This document shows, piece after piece, positions 32,801 to 48,017 of a stretch of 64,000 nt of DNA. Position numbers and translations under genes: made by a program. This DNA comes from the human T2T-CHM13v2.0 reference genome, Homo sapiens. The stretch lies in assembly GCF_009914755.1 (NCBI RefSeq), contig NC_060947.1. One strand, written 5' to 3'. Under the pieces are notes generated by a model, which had not been told where the DNA came from, made no database searches, and saw only the letters and a program-made list of their open reading frames with translations. How positions within the stretch are numbered: the stretch's first letter is position 1; the number at the start of each line of letters is the position of its first letter.

Positions 32801-32929
32801 TTGGGATATGGTAACAGTCTTGGAAGTTTTCTTTGACGCGTCCACTCCTCTGTGCGCAAGTGAAATGTGTTCCTCCTTATCCTCTTCGGGACTTGGGGAG
32901 TCGAAGATATCAGGGCTTGAAAGGGATGA
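32801..32929 (-). CDS. SH3KBP1: SH3KBP1 exon, 129 nt, [43 protein letters not shown]
   Basis: ctttatcag|TCA...CAA|gtgagt; symmetric phase 0. Confidence 0.96.
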
Positions 32930-33750
32930 CTGATAAAGCCAAAAGAAAATGCTTTTGTCAGAATTACACCTTAGCTGACACCACTTTCGTTAATATAATG
33001 CTGTATGCTTTAAAAGCACTCGACACTGCTATTTTGTCTTCTCACGATAACCCTGTGAGGCAAAAAAGTGTGCTGTTATGCACGCGCTCAAGTCACATAG
33101 CTGATTAGTGGCAGAACTGCGACTAAGAAGCAAGGTTTCCTAAACCAGGGATCTTGCCACTGATGTCCATCAATCACTTCATCCTTGCAAGCATCCATCG
33201 TCCATCCTTTCCTGCTCCTTCCTCTAAACATTTGCTACCATGTGCAAAAGCTGCAGTGAGCTTGTACTGCAGACTTAGTGACATGCCACACAGGATGCCT
33301 GCCCTCACAGGGCTGACAGTCTACCAGGGAAGAACACACAGGTCAACAAGAGGCTGCTCTAATCTGCCTCTCCTCCATTCCCTCCTCTTCCTTTTCCTTG
33401 ACCTTTTCCATGATCACTAAATCTGCTGCATACGGAAGTGCCCTAAAGGATGTGTCTGAGAGAAAACCATTTCCAGGGATAAGGGCTCACCAGGCTTGTG
33501 GTCCAGTGACCAGTGTTTCCTCAGCTTGAGAGCACAGCCCTGCTCGCTAGTGCAACAAGCTCATATCTCCTTTGGTACCTGCTGCTAAATCTCTGCCCTC
33601 ATTATTGCTGACAGTCAACATTCATTTTGGAGTCTGTATGGCTATAGTATATTTACAGAATGGCAGCATCTTTTGGTAAAATATAGGACGACACCCCTGT
33701 TCTTTCTGCCTCACTGTGAAGATCACTATAAAGATAAAAAAGCCAGATGA

Positions 33751-34048
33751 GGCCAGACACAGTGGCTCACGACCGTAATCCCAACACGGGGATTATGAGG
33801 CGGGAGGATCTCTTGAGCCCAGGAATTTGGGACCAGCCTGGGCAACATGGCGAAACTCTATCTCTACGAAAAATACAAAAATTGGCCAGGCATGGTGGTG
33901 TGCACCTGGAGTCCCAGCTACTCGGGAGGCTGAGGTGGAAGGATCACTTGAGCCCCGGAGGTCGAGGGTGCAGTGAGCCATTGACATTGCACCACTGCAC
34001 TCCAGCCTGGACAAAAGAGTGGGACCCTGTCTGGAAAAAAAAAAAAAA
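33751..34048 (+). mobile_element. AluJ-like
   Basis: Sense Alu dimer with A tail. Confidence 0.9.
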
Positions 34049-35704
34049 TTCTGGACCAATTCACTGGAATTCACTTGGTCATAGATGATCACTGGGCTAG
34101 AATTTCCCTATTTTAGAACAAAGCAAATTAAAATAAGAGTTCCTATAGCAAGGAATCCTTTATAATGAAGAATCTTCCACAGATCTCTTTGAGCAAGCTC
34201 ATCTTCAGCTTCATCTCTATGCTTTCTACCCTGGTGGTAGAAAAACAGTCCCATTTAAAATCACCACTTGGCGTCATTATAGAAAAATTATACCCAAAAA
34301 TATCGTATGTTTTCTTCTGTTTACTTAAGGCAGAAACCTAATGCATTTTAGGGAATTTTTAAGCAAATTTTTCAATTTAACAGGTTTTATTTGTTAATCT
34401 TCATTTAATCTGAAAATCCAATTACCTAGAATAACGTTTCCCCCACCACCAAGCCTTCTTATTAATCTAGGCTTAACGCTTAGCCACCATACCATGCCTG
34501 AATCCTTTCATTTTGAGATTTTATTCAAAAAGCCAGTTCCCTCCATTACAACCTAGGGTTCATGAGCTGCCAATCAAAGCTTGCTCTTTGAGTCCTATAA
34601 ACATAAAGAACTTCAGCTAGGGTCAGAGGCCCCAGGCTGGGGAATCATGACTGGTGCATTTCCTCCATCATTTCCCCCAGTGGCCTTTGAGGAATACGCC
34701 CATATCCACTAAGCCTCCACTTGCCTATGAAAAATCCACAGGTGCTAACTGAAGAAGAGTAAATAGGAATTCAATGTACACATCCAAGTAGGGATGAATG
34801 GGAATGAAGAGAATATAATATTTATACTTTAAAGCACAAATATATCCTTTTGTTTTAAGTCTGCAAATGAAATCACTTCATATAAAATGCCAAACTTCAA
34901 GTCATTGTGCCGTAAGCTTCCTGCAGGCAGTGACCATGTGCTTTTCATTCCAGTTGTATCTTTGGTACCTGGCACAGTGCCGAGCCCATAGGGGATAGAT
35001 GTCTATAAAGAGTTGTTGAATGAATGAACAACTGTGTAGTCTGAAGGCAGTGAAGATGATATATCCTCACCACATCCCCCAAATACATACGAACTCTCAG
35101 GCATGGGATGTATGGACCAAAGGTGGGACAAGAGATGGTAATTTAAACCTTTCTGTAATTCTGGAAGTCACAAGGCTCTCTAGACCTTGAAAAGTTGGGA
35201 AGAATTTGGAAGGAAGACAAAAATGATGAAGGATTTACAGAGAAGATAGAGGAGGTAGGATTGAAAAACAAAATATAGAGATACTAAGAGCCAACTAAAC
35301 AGGTCGTGGGTATAAGAGGGGTGTTGGGGTGGGGTGTGAAGAGGTGAGAGGGAGAAGGGAAAGAAGGTGGTGTTGACAGAGACGTCTGTATAACAATAAA
35401 AAAAGTCAGCTACTTTTAAAAGTGTTTCACCCAAAAAGGTGTCAATGCAGTTAGGTTTTTCATACTAAGAGGAAAAATAGGATGACTCAAACCATACTTC
35501 CAGACTCTAGATATGAGAGAAGAGGTTCCAAGGAAGTGACATTCTTTTTCTTCTAAATGATGACACCTTAGGTGGGATCAGTGATGACATGAAAATAGGA
35601 AGTGTCCTGGGAAACCTGCAAAAGGTTAATTCCTTGGTTTATCTGGGTAGAGGTTATAAGGACTTAGACTCACTGGAACAAGGCAATGTGCTATATGGAA
35701 ATAA

Positions 35705-35735
<31 letters not shown>

Positions 35736-36858
35736 GAACTTATACACAAACACAACTTGTGGAAGGTGAGCTTGGAGGGGACAGAACAACCTGTGGCAAA
35801 AGCAAACCATACATTTCCTTTTGACCCACTTCCAGAAAATTTTTACCCAAGTCAATAATTTTAGAGCAGCATCAAGATTTTTCTGCAGTGGCATTCATTT
35901 GAGTGTTGTTTATAATGAGGAACTGGAAACAACATAAATGCCCAATAACGATACATTGGCTAAACGCTCACATACTCATAGGTTAGAAAAATGGGCAGCC
36001 ATGAAATGTGATGTCAGGGAAGAATGTGTCATGACTGGGGAGAAAGGCACACAACAGAAGAGGAGAAAAGCAAGTTTCACAACGATGCGTACTACGTAAT
36101 CCTATTGGTGAAGAAATAATTTTATATATACAAATAATTTTTTTTTAAAAAGCTAAGGCTGTATAACAAAAAGTTAACGGTTCTTTGCACTGGGGAGCAG
36201 GATTACAGATAACTTTCTTCTTTATACATTTTGTAGTTCAAATTTGGTACAATAAACGTGTAATAGGTTTGCAATAAAAAGTCATTCAAAACAACCCAAA
36301 CAAAAATCTTCTATGGGTTATCCTGAGTGTTCCAATCAGTCTCTCCTTCATCACCAGGTGCCTCATATGTTTGAAAACAATCTCCTGAAGGTCTGCGTGG
36401 TATTCTGTGGAGGGGTACAGGCAACGGGGATTTGAGAGAGAAAGGTTCGGCTGCTGCCTGGCGCTATATAGGAGCAGATCTTTATTTAGTAAAGTTTTGT
36501 TTTGTTTACACACCAAACCAGCCTCATTCTCCTCTCCCCACCCATAAAACGTGATTTTTTTTCTTACCCATTTCATTTCAGGTTAAAATAAGAATCAGTC
36601 TGGAAGGAAAGAAAAGGAAAGTGGGAATACAGAGCACCTACCTTGCTGGCAGAAACACAAAGAACAAATAGAAAGAAATGCCGCTCAAGTCAAGAAGACT
36701 GAAATCACTTTTGGTTGGCAGTGTATCTCATGGCCTCCCTCTCCCAGGGTGTCCTCAAATCGGCTGCTTGCAGAAGAGTCCTTAGCTAGAGTTTCTAATC
36801 TGTCCTGCTTTTCCGCTGTAGAGAAGTAAGGGAACATACAGTTTGAGGAGACACTTAC

Positions 36859-36968
36859 AGATGTGAGGGACTGGGACGGAGGCCGCCTCCCTGTAGCTTT
36901 TGGTCTGCTTGTGGTCGGATGACTGAGTTTCTCAGTAGATGATACCACGGAGTCAAAACCTTCTAAGT
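36859..36968 (-). CDS. SH3KBP1: SH3KBP1 exon, 110 nt, (D)[36 protein letters not shown], containing the capping-protein-interaction (CPI) motif
   Basis: ttttgttttag|AC...TCT|gtaagt; LxHxTxxRPK(x6)P motif; phase 1 to phase 0. Confidence 0.96.
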
Positions 36969-37379
36969 CTAAAACAAAAGTAAAACAGTTTTAAGAGCCA
37001 AAATAGGAGCAAAGACTCTTATGATATGTCATAAGCACCTCTCTTCCTCAATAATAATCCTTTCTGTCTGGATTACACTTCATCTTTTACAAAGGCTGTT
37101 TACGTCCTTTGGTCATTCAATAAACAGGATTCAAACTGAATAGAATAATCATGTCCTTCTTAGTTTAACAAGCTATTGCATGGAAGAGAGAGAAACAGGA
37201 TTTTTCTTTTTCCCTTCTACAGCTATATCCATAAATCTTTAAAAAGCTACATAAAGAGGATTAGAGGAAGAATCCTCTTTTTTCCACAAATCCAAGTCCA
37301 TTTTAGTAGACAGAACACTCTGGCAGTCTCGACACAAAAGGCAGTTATTACAAGGTACAACAGCCACAAGCGAGTGGAT

Positions 37380-37835
37380 GCCGGTCATTGATTCCAAAAG
37401 ACAAGAAGAGATGGCAGTCCTGCTCCTCTGCACTTGTGACTGGTCTAGAGGCAGCTATGTAGTCCAATTTGAGTTACTGAGCAATATAGGGCAGTATACT
37501 GACAGCCTGTGGGAAACACATATCTCTCTCTGTCCAGAGAGAGGCAAGTGAGAAGGCCTTTTGTGTTGCTGTTCCTCTTCTTTCCTGCTTGGGATGCTAC
37601 TGTGTAAGGACAGGATGACTGGAGCTGTGGCAGCCATCTGGTGACCATGTGGCCATCTAGTCACAGGATGGCAAGGCAGAAAAATGGAAAATGTTAACTG
37701 ACAACCCCGATGGGCTGCAACCCTGGGATGATCTAGTGCCCAGACTTCTTGCCATGTGAAATTAACAAACCCCTGTTATTTCAGCCAGTTTTAATCAGAT
37801 ATTCTTTATTTGCAGCTAAAAACATCCTAACTGCC
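37380..37835 (+). mobile_element. MLT1-type MaLR LTR remnant
   Basis: ggagctgtggcagccatct and terminal tttgcagctaaaaacatcctaactg, typical of old MLT1 LTRs. Confidence 0.6.
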
Positions 37836-38435
37836 ATAACTGCAGCTATACTGGTCCAGGACAGAGAAGTTAAAAAAAATGATGTGCATTTCCCCTCACT
37901 TTATTTTGGGGAGAATTCTTTTGCTGATGGTTATAATAAGTGGTCTGGCTGTATGACAGCTTTATTCTATTAATGAACAGGCAGGTGTTATCTGCAAACT
38001 ATTTTCTTTAGTAGAATATGCAAAATCAAGCACAAGTCACTGGTCAGGAGAAGCCATTAAATTACACCTGGGATTACATTAAGTGACATTATCCTAGCAC
38101 CTGATGATAACTCCTCTTATCAGGGCAAGGCAGGTATAACGAAAGGTTAACCATCCGCAGAGATGGCACAAAGGAAAACATCAGTGGCGCTCTGAAGCCA
38201 AGAGGGAGCCCATCAGCATCCAGTACCTGAATGAGGCTCATAAAGGCACCCATCTCTCTAGCTGGGCTCAGCAGGGTGCCAGGAGGACCCTGGCCAGGGG
38301 GAGGGCAAAGATTCCCCCTGCTAGAATGTGCTTCTCCAGTCCTGGCTCACTAAGCTGACCCCTCTCAGGGGCCTTCCCTTTAAGAGAACCTTATTATTAT
38401 TATTATTTTCTTTCTTTTCTTTCCCTCCCTCCCTC

Positions 38436-38623
38436 TTTTTTTTTTTTTTGACAGGGTCTTGCTCTGTCTCCCAGGCTGGAGGGCAGTGGCACAATCTTGG
38501 CTCACTGTAGCCTCAACCTCCTGGACTCAGGTGATTCTTCCATCTCAGCCTCCCTACAGGCACGCAACACCACACCTGGCTAATTTTTGTAGAAACGGGG
38601 TTTTGACATGTTGCCCAGGCTGG
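38436..38623 (-). mobile_element. Partial AluJ-like
   Basis: Right arm plus truncated left arm. Confidence 0.8.
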
Positions 38624-40724
38624 AGAAACTTATTTTCTTAAAAGGTTCTCCTCCAGACTCTACCCTGGGACTCTCCTCTACTGAGTCCATGTTGTCTAAA
38701 ATGAAAATTCCCCATTACACACTTGGATGGATGCAAAAAGCCACCATCTGACATGAACACCCCCCCAATTCATCTTTTTAAATCACTTTCCCCTGATGAT
38801 AAATGTAATACATGATCAGCGTATAATTTTTAAAAAACAAAACACGAAATTGTAACAACGAAAAGAAAGTCAGCTATAATCTTACCACATCAAGACAAGC
38901 ACTGTTAGTATTTTGGTACATTCTCCTCCAGGCTTCTTTTCCTGTAGATAGTATAGCTCATACTATATGTAATACTGCATTCTGCTTATTTCCCTTAACC
39001 GGATATGCCATGTCTCTAACAATTCTTTGTAAATATTTTAATTGTTGTTGCACTGCAATTAATCAATCCCATTTGTTGGATAGCTAGTTTCCAAATCATT
39101 TCCCCCTCCTATGTTTTACTGTTTTGGAAGAGCGCCGCACAAATATCCTTGCATGTACTCTACATATAATGAGTTCAGCAGCTTATCCGTGCAGATCTCC
39201 AACTGTTCTGGAAGAAGGAAATAAGGCCCAGGACAGGGAGGTTTGTTGGGGGCCGGGCGGGGTGCTGGTTGGGGAGGACAGAGGCATAACGAGGGGCAGA
39301 GGAAGGCTCGGGAAGAGGAGAGAGGACAAAAACCCAAGGAGCAGATGCTGACTGGCAGCCAGTGAAGGAGATGGAAGAGGGGGCTGTTAAAGTTTCCAGC
39401 AAACAGACAGCTGCCAACGGCCTTGGCTGGTAGCTACCAGGGGCAGAGCTGGACAAACCTATATTATGGCTCTGTCCAGGAAACTAAAACAAGCTCAGGA
39501 GCAAAAACTGAACAGGATGAAGTGACTAAAGAACAACGAAAGGCTAATTAACACTGCTTCTCCAACTCAGCTGCACGGAGGAATCACCTGGACAATTTAA
39601 AAAAACAAAACACCACTGCATCCCAGGAACTGACTCACCCCATCTAGGGTGCATCCTGGGCACAAGCAGATGTCAATCTCCCCAGGGGATGTGAACATGC
39701 GGCAAAAGCTGAGAAGCACTGCTCTAGAGGAGGCTGGGGGCTGAGGGGAGGGAAGGGAGTGAGGATTTGGCCAAGCGGAGGAGTGGAGAGGCCACCAAGT
39801 GACTGAAGGGTGTTCCAGGGCCCAGTGAATAGAGAGCCTGCCTGGGCTCTCTAACAGTGGGTCCTCCCATGCTGGGCTGAGGAGTGCTGGCCCGATTTGG
39901 AGGGCCACAGAGGTGCTGGAGCACTTGACGAAAATGGTGGCCAAAGGCTCGAATGATTGGTGACAGGTCAGACACACTGCAGCTGGAGCCAGGAAGAGGC
40001 CCGAGATGTGACCCAGCATAACAGTGGGGTGGGAGAGGAATGCAGAGAGCCAGGGGAGGGGATGGGACAGCTTTGGGCCCCTCTTAGGATGGACTTGGTA
40101 AGTCCACTTGTGTGCAGGGGTGGACAAGTTAACACCAGGAAACTTCTGCCAGGACTCCAGGGAGGATTCCATCTTTGCCATCCCCCGACCCTCCTGGGCC
40201 CACTGAATTAAGTCCACCTGGCAGTTTAGGATTTCAGAATGTGTGAGGTGGCAGTCTGTAATGAGTTATACTTTTAAAACAACCCAGAAGTGTGATGTCT
40301 GTCTCCCGCACTTAGGCTGTGAGCCCCAGGAGGGCAGGAACTCATCCTTGTGTTCTCAAAGTCTAGAATGTTCCTAGGGAAAACATGCTGGTTCCTCTGT
40401 CAATAAAGGAACAAGCGAACAAATGAACAAACTATCTCAAGAAAAAAACCAGGAATGTAGCTTATAGAAGTGGCTCCTAGCGGGATGTGAGTAGCTTCGA
40501 GGCTGAAGAAGCATTCTCTGCTATGGATGCAGAGAAGGCAGAATGGCCCATTCTGTTTTACTGGTTGAGGTTTGCACTAAGAAGACCTATGCACAGTGAA
40601 GCCTGGCCACGCTTAGCAAGAGTCTCCAGGACATATGGCAGAGAAGACTGCTCTATTTCTGTCACTCATGAGTAAGAGGAAGGTCCGAATACCTCAGGGG
40701 AAGCCACTCTTAACCTCTTAATGC

Positions 40725-41626
<902 letters not shown>

Positions 41627-43579
41627 TAAGTTTAACTTTCCATAGTTTTAGTTTGGAAAGAGCACTTTTTGGAAACAGCTACCAAACCAAACTGCCATAC
41701 AGAAAAAAAATGTATCAAATATGAGATTGCTTGCTGAAAAGGGAACCTCAGGTTACCCTGGCATTTTTCCATAGACCATGAACTGTAATGCATTTCTGCT
41801 TTCTGACAGTGAAGGGGAGAAATTCTCCAATACTGTCACATCACTTTTCAGAGGCACAGAGCGCATGCTTCATGGCTGTGGCCATGGTAGCTGCGATTAA
41901 GGCAGAATTTCCATGACTAACCCATTGTGGTGTGGAGAAAATGTCCCAGTTTTCATGGTGGTTTTGAAATGAATCAAGCTGAAACTTGATATGAGCTTTC
42001 TCGGCCTGGCTGGGAATTTTTCCTCTTAAGAGAAAAAGGTTTTAATGCCCATAAGTCAGTCCAAAACTATTGAACTGGCAAATGCTGGGGTATTTTTAAG
42101 AAGTTAGTTTCATAAGGACGAGAGGCCCTTTGCTTTTGTGATACTTGGACAACAAACTCTCTGCAGACATACGGGGATAATTCATGTTGGGCACGATGGA
42201 GTTGGCTTGGAAAGGGCCTTTGACTCTTCATGGCACATGAAGTTGCTCATTTTCCATGAACTTCAGTCACACTCTATTTGGTTCAATTAGAAAATGTAGC
42301 CTCATTTTCCATGGATAGGAGCAATGGTACCAGTGACCGCAGGTGACGTAAAGCACATCCACTGAAAGCACAGAGGAGAAACAGTCAAAAGGCTAAGTCA
42401 GGCTAGCTGTCACCAGCAGAGTTCTTTGGGAGCTCCTAAATTGTTCTCTGCATTCATTATAGCATGTTGCTGTGCACTTTAAACAGAGCTTTAGGATATA
42501 AGTTTGCTTACAGCTAAAACCTGGCAATGTCGCTACCTCCCAATATCTCTGGAAGCCATCTCTTCTCCTCCACACCCTGTCTCAGATTATTAAGGCCGCT
42601 GAATTTCTTGCCTGGAACCACTGTTAATAGATTTCTCACTTCAAGCCCCTTACCACTCACATGCTGCCACCAGAGAGGTGTACAGCCCCCATCTGAGTAT
42701 GTCCCTTCAGGGCTTCCTCTCCTGACTAATTCCTTCAGTGCCACAACTGAGGCGTCTTCCAAGAAGCCAGACTGCACCCTAAGACCTGGGTTGGGTGCAT
42801 CCCTACTCACCCATCATCGTGATCTCGGCATTTAGTGCCCTGTACTGACATTTCCTGTTGACTTCTCTGCCTCCCCCACCAGCCAGGGAAGAAGCTATGG
42901 CTTTTCTCTCTGTTTCCCTGGACTTAAGATCACTCCTGGCTTGCAGCGAGTGTTCAAAAAATGATTATTAAATACATTAACAAACAACCTTTCTAGGCTT
43001 CAGATTTTCCAGCAGGAAAAAAATGAGAGAATTATCTGAGCCATCAGCTTCATAAGATTATTCTTTCGTAAATGAGAGACTATGTGAAAACCCTTTCAAA
43101 TCATGCAGATAGAATTCTGTTTTCATACACCATTAACGGAGCTGTGGGATTTGGAAACAAGAATCTAAGAGCAAGGCTAGAAATCCCCCCTCCCCTACCT
43201 TTTTTTTTTTTTCCAAGGTCTAAGATGAGAAAACTCTAAACCCACAGGGCCGCAGGTACTTTCTCCGCATTGCAGAAACACCATGAGGTAGTCTGAATGG
43301 GAGGAGGAAGTCTCGCTCCATGCCTCAGTCATTTGACTAGTGTGGAAAATCTGTGCAGACTATCAAGATGGGCCCAATATTAGGGAGGGGTCAAATGAGC
43401 ACCTGTGTTAGCTGACTCACTAACTGAAATGATTAGCAATGATTAGATTCTGCAGGAAAATAAGCCCTCCAAAATGTGTAAGGATATAGGAGATCAGCTG
43501 TTGTGTTTTCATTTATAATCCAGGTGTGAAGTTTGCAGGACGCAAGCTGCTGAGAATAAATAAGTTTTAGGGGGTTTTG

Positions 43580-43880
43580 GTTTTTCTTTTTTTTAGAGAC
43601 AGGGTCTCGTTCTGTCACCCAGTCTGGAGTGCATGCAGTGGTGTGATCATAGCTCATGGTATTATAGCTTCAAGCTCCTGGGCTCAAGCAACCCTCCTGC
43701 CTCAGCCTCCCAATTAGCTAGCTACCACACCCAGTTATTTTTTGTTTTGTCTTATTTTTTGGTAGAGATGAGATCTTGCTATGTTGCCCAGGCTGATCTC
43801 ATACTCCTGGCCTCAAGCAATCCTCCTGCCTCAGCTTCCCAAAGTGCTAGGACTACAGACATGAGCCACCATGCCTTGCT
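43580..43880 (-). mobile_element. AluJ-like
   Basis: Diverged antisense Alu. Confidence 0.85.
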
Positions 43881-44404
43881 ATAAACAAGTTTTGAGCTAC
43901 TGTTTTGAACTCCATGTGCCAGCCATGCCATTACTAGATGCTTCGCATGCACACACCCTCATTTCATGTACACAAAACCCCATGCTGTGTGGGCATTACT
44001 ATAATCCACAAAGAAAGAGATGGAGGGCCAGAGGTTAGAAAACATGCCCAAGGTCACTGCCAACAAGTAACAGGGCCCACACACAGATTCACATCCAAGG
44101 GATTCTTTCCACTACAGAACGTTGCTTGTTTTTTTTCTATTTTATTCAAATGTGTTTTCAAATGGGCAGGAAAAGGGGCTGGCTTCTTCAAGGCACTCTG
44201 TGGCAAGAAATGTAATGTGTTAGGCAAGTTAAGAGAATGTTTGGCTATTTGGTACAAGCAACTTCTACATCAAAACGTGTAGCTCAAGAATAAGAGAGGG
44301 AGATACAGTGTTTATTTGCTCATTAATTCAATCAAACATTTCTTAAGTATTTACTTTGTGCCAAGCATAGGGATAGTTTTGAAAATGAATGTACAATCAT
44401 CCTA

Positions 44405-44560
44405 TATCAGCACTGTCCAGTAGAACTTGCTGTGATGATCTTCTATAATCTATACTATTCAAATCGTAGCCACCAGCCCCACGTGGCTACAGAGTGCATA
44501 GATTATGGGTAAGTATAGCTATTTAATTAAATTTTAATAGTCACACATGGCTAGTGGCAA
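44405..44560. mobile_element. MER3-like hAT DNA transposon remnant
   Basis: cagcactgtccagtagaact...gtagccaccagccccacgtggcta...cacatggctagtggc. Confidence 0.6.
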
Positions 44561-45893
44561 TGAAGATTGTGTATTATGATCCTGCATCTTGATATTTCCC
44601 CTCACTTAAACGCTCAGCCCATTCATTCAGTGGCTATTTTTCTGAGCATACACTATGAGCTAGGCACTGGGCTAGGCAAAGGGGGATACAGGGGTGGAAA
44701 ATAGCCACATTCCCTGCCCACATGGAGCTAAGAACCCACTGAGGGAGACAGGCTTTTGTATGGATAATTACAAATTCTCTTAGTTACTATGAAAGAATGA
44801 TAAAAGGTGAAATTAGCAATGATAGCATGGGGACCCAATTTAGATCAGAGAAAGGGGGGACACGTCTTACTGTAGTCTTGCTTCGAGGAGAGGTAGTGAT
44901 TCACTTGGATTGATGACAAGCAATGCTAAGTGGGGAAAAGTAGCTCTCCACATTTGCATTCCTTTAAAAATTGCTCACTACAGGCCCAAATTTGCTATGC
45001 AAAGTGATCTGATAAATAATGTAATTCTCTATTGGAAACAGTAGTTACACTATTATCCACAGGAACATAAATTGGCACAACCTTTCTGTATGCCATTTGG
45101 CAATACCTATTACAAAATGTAAATGTGTACACCTTCAGATATATCAGTGTCACTTCTAGAAATTAATCCATAGAAATGTTTGTGTAAGTATAAAATGATA
45201 TATTTATGAAGCCAGTGTACTTGCTAAAATAATTTTGGAAACCCTTGTATATCCTCCTCACACATATCAAGTTGAAATCTAAACTTTTATGTAAGTTTTA
45301 CTCACAAAGGATGTAATTTCTGTTATATTCTAAACATTGAGATTTTAAAATATAACTTACATAGATTTCTTAAATATATCCAATATATATTTGAATACTG
45401 CAGCAATTTAACCACCACCATCATCCATTTTAAAATATCATAAGATTTTAACAGTTGGAAATTTTACATCCTTCCTTTTCCTCCTTAAATTCATATTTCC
45501 AACCCCTACTGCTGAATTTTATCCTAATCCATTTTCAAGTCTGTTGTTAACTATTTTATCATCTTTCTATTGTAAAAACATGTATAGAAATTGAAGTTTA
45601 AGATTTTTTCTTTCCTGAAATCTTAAGACTCTAAGTGTAAAAATTATTTTTCTTTTGGATTGAGTTCTCATTACATTATTATTAGTATACAAATGATCAG
45701 AACACATTTTGATAAATAATTTTTAAGCATGACAAAACAGAATTTTATTGGGCTTTTCCCTCAAACACTTCATGTGTGTATGATTATCACTCAATACCAG
45801 GAAGAGATGGTTTGGTATCAACTCTCTATTTTTCATTTTAGAGACGTAAGTGCCAAGAAAATTTGTTCACTTAAATAGAAGTAGATGGAATGG

Positions 45894-46538
<645 letters not shown>

Positions 46539-46912
46539 GAACGGAAATAATTTTGTTATCAATGTCACTCAATTCTCTGAACTCCTTGCAAATTATATAC
46601 CAAAAACCAGACCGTAGTCTAGCATCACCAGGAATTATTATTTTTAATGGTCTACCACCAAACAACTTAGTGGGTACCTCCTTCAATGTCACTGGAAGCA
46701 AAGAATTACTAACCAACTGATTTGAAAATAGAACTTGCAACCTGGAACTTGCATCTATGTCAGGGTTTTCTCTAGGATCTCAAACTTATTTAGGAGGGCA
46801 AACATCCTACTCTTTTACATTTCCCCGTAATAACTTGGGTTAAAAAAATCAAAATAATTCTTTTAAAAGATGAATGAGTACTTTTTAAAACTTTACAAAA
46901 AGGTATGCTCAT

Positions 46913-47046
46913 GAGCCAGGTGCAGTAGCATGCCTATAAGTCGCAGCTACTCAGGAGGCTAAGGTGGGAGAATCACTTGAGCCCAGGAGTTCAAGTCTAG
47001 CCTGGGCAACATAGCAACACCCCATCACTAAAAATAAAAAAAAAAA
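46913..47046 (+). mobile_element. FLAM-like Alu monomer
   Basis: Single monomer with A tail. Confidence 0.8.
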
Positions 47047-47364
47047 TAGTTATGTTCATAACCCCTTAACAATTTCTTAAATCTCCATATAGCCAGCAAA
47101 TCATTTAAAAGCAAAAAATCATTAAGCCAAAAAAAAAACCCCTAGATTAGATCTTATAAAGGGCCAAATTATCAATTCTAGATTAAAAGAACTGACAGAA
47201 CTAAAGAAAATGAAGTAAAGAGACAAAGGAAAGAATAAGCTGCTTCATTTCAAAGAGGATTCAGAGGCTACCAAAACAGCAGTTTTCTCAATGTCTAGAA
47301 AACTCAGCTAAAAGAAATGGACAGGGTTAGAGAAACATAGACTGTGACACTGCGCTGGGTCCTT

Positions 47365-47496
47365 TCTTTTTAATATTTTTTGTAGAGACAGAGTATTTCC
47401 CTATATTGCCCAGGCTGGTCTCGAACTGCTGGCCTCAAGTGATCCCTCCTGCCTCCCAAAGTGCTGGGATTACAGGAATGAGACCCCATGCACTGC
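47365..47496 (-). mobile_element. FLAM-like Alu monomer
   Basis: Single antisense monomer. Confidence 0.8.
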
Positions 47497-47703
47497 CTGA
47501 ATTGGGTTATTTATGATCATGTCATCCAAGCCCCTGGATTAATGATGAAAAACCAAGATCCAAGGAGGTACAATGGTGTGCTTGATGGTCAGCTTCAGTG
47601 GGATGAGCAGCCAGAGCAGAGTGCACATTTCTTTTTGGAGAGCAAGATGTATGGGTCATTTCATCTTCTTTAACAGCACTTTATTTAGATATAAGAGGAG
47701 CAG

Positions 47704-48017
<314 letters not shown>

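Noticed and set aside
36710-36817. Cryptic acceptor ttcccttacttctctacag about 40 nt after the CPI-exon donor
   Set aside because: The implied intron is too short for normal splicing and the downstream donor is weak.
39597-40217. 206-aa minus ORF in the SH3KBP1 intron
   Set aside because: No domain resemblance, ends in MER5-like sequence and has no convincing splice sites; compatible with chance in GC-richer DNA.
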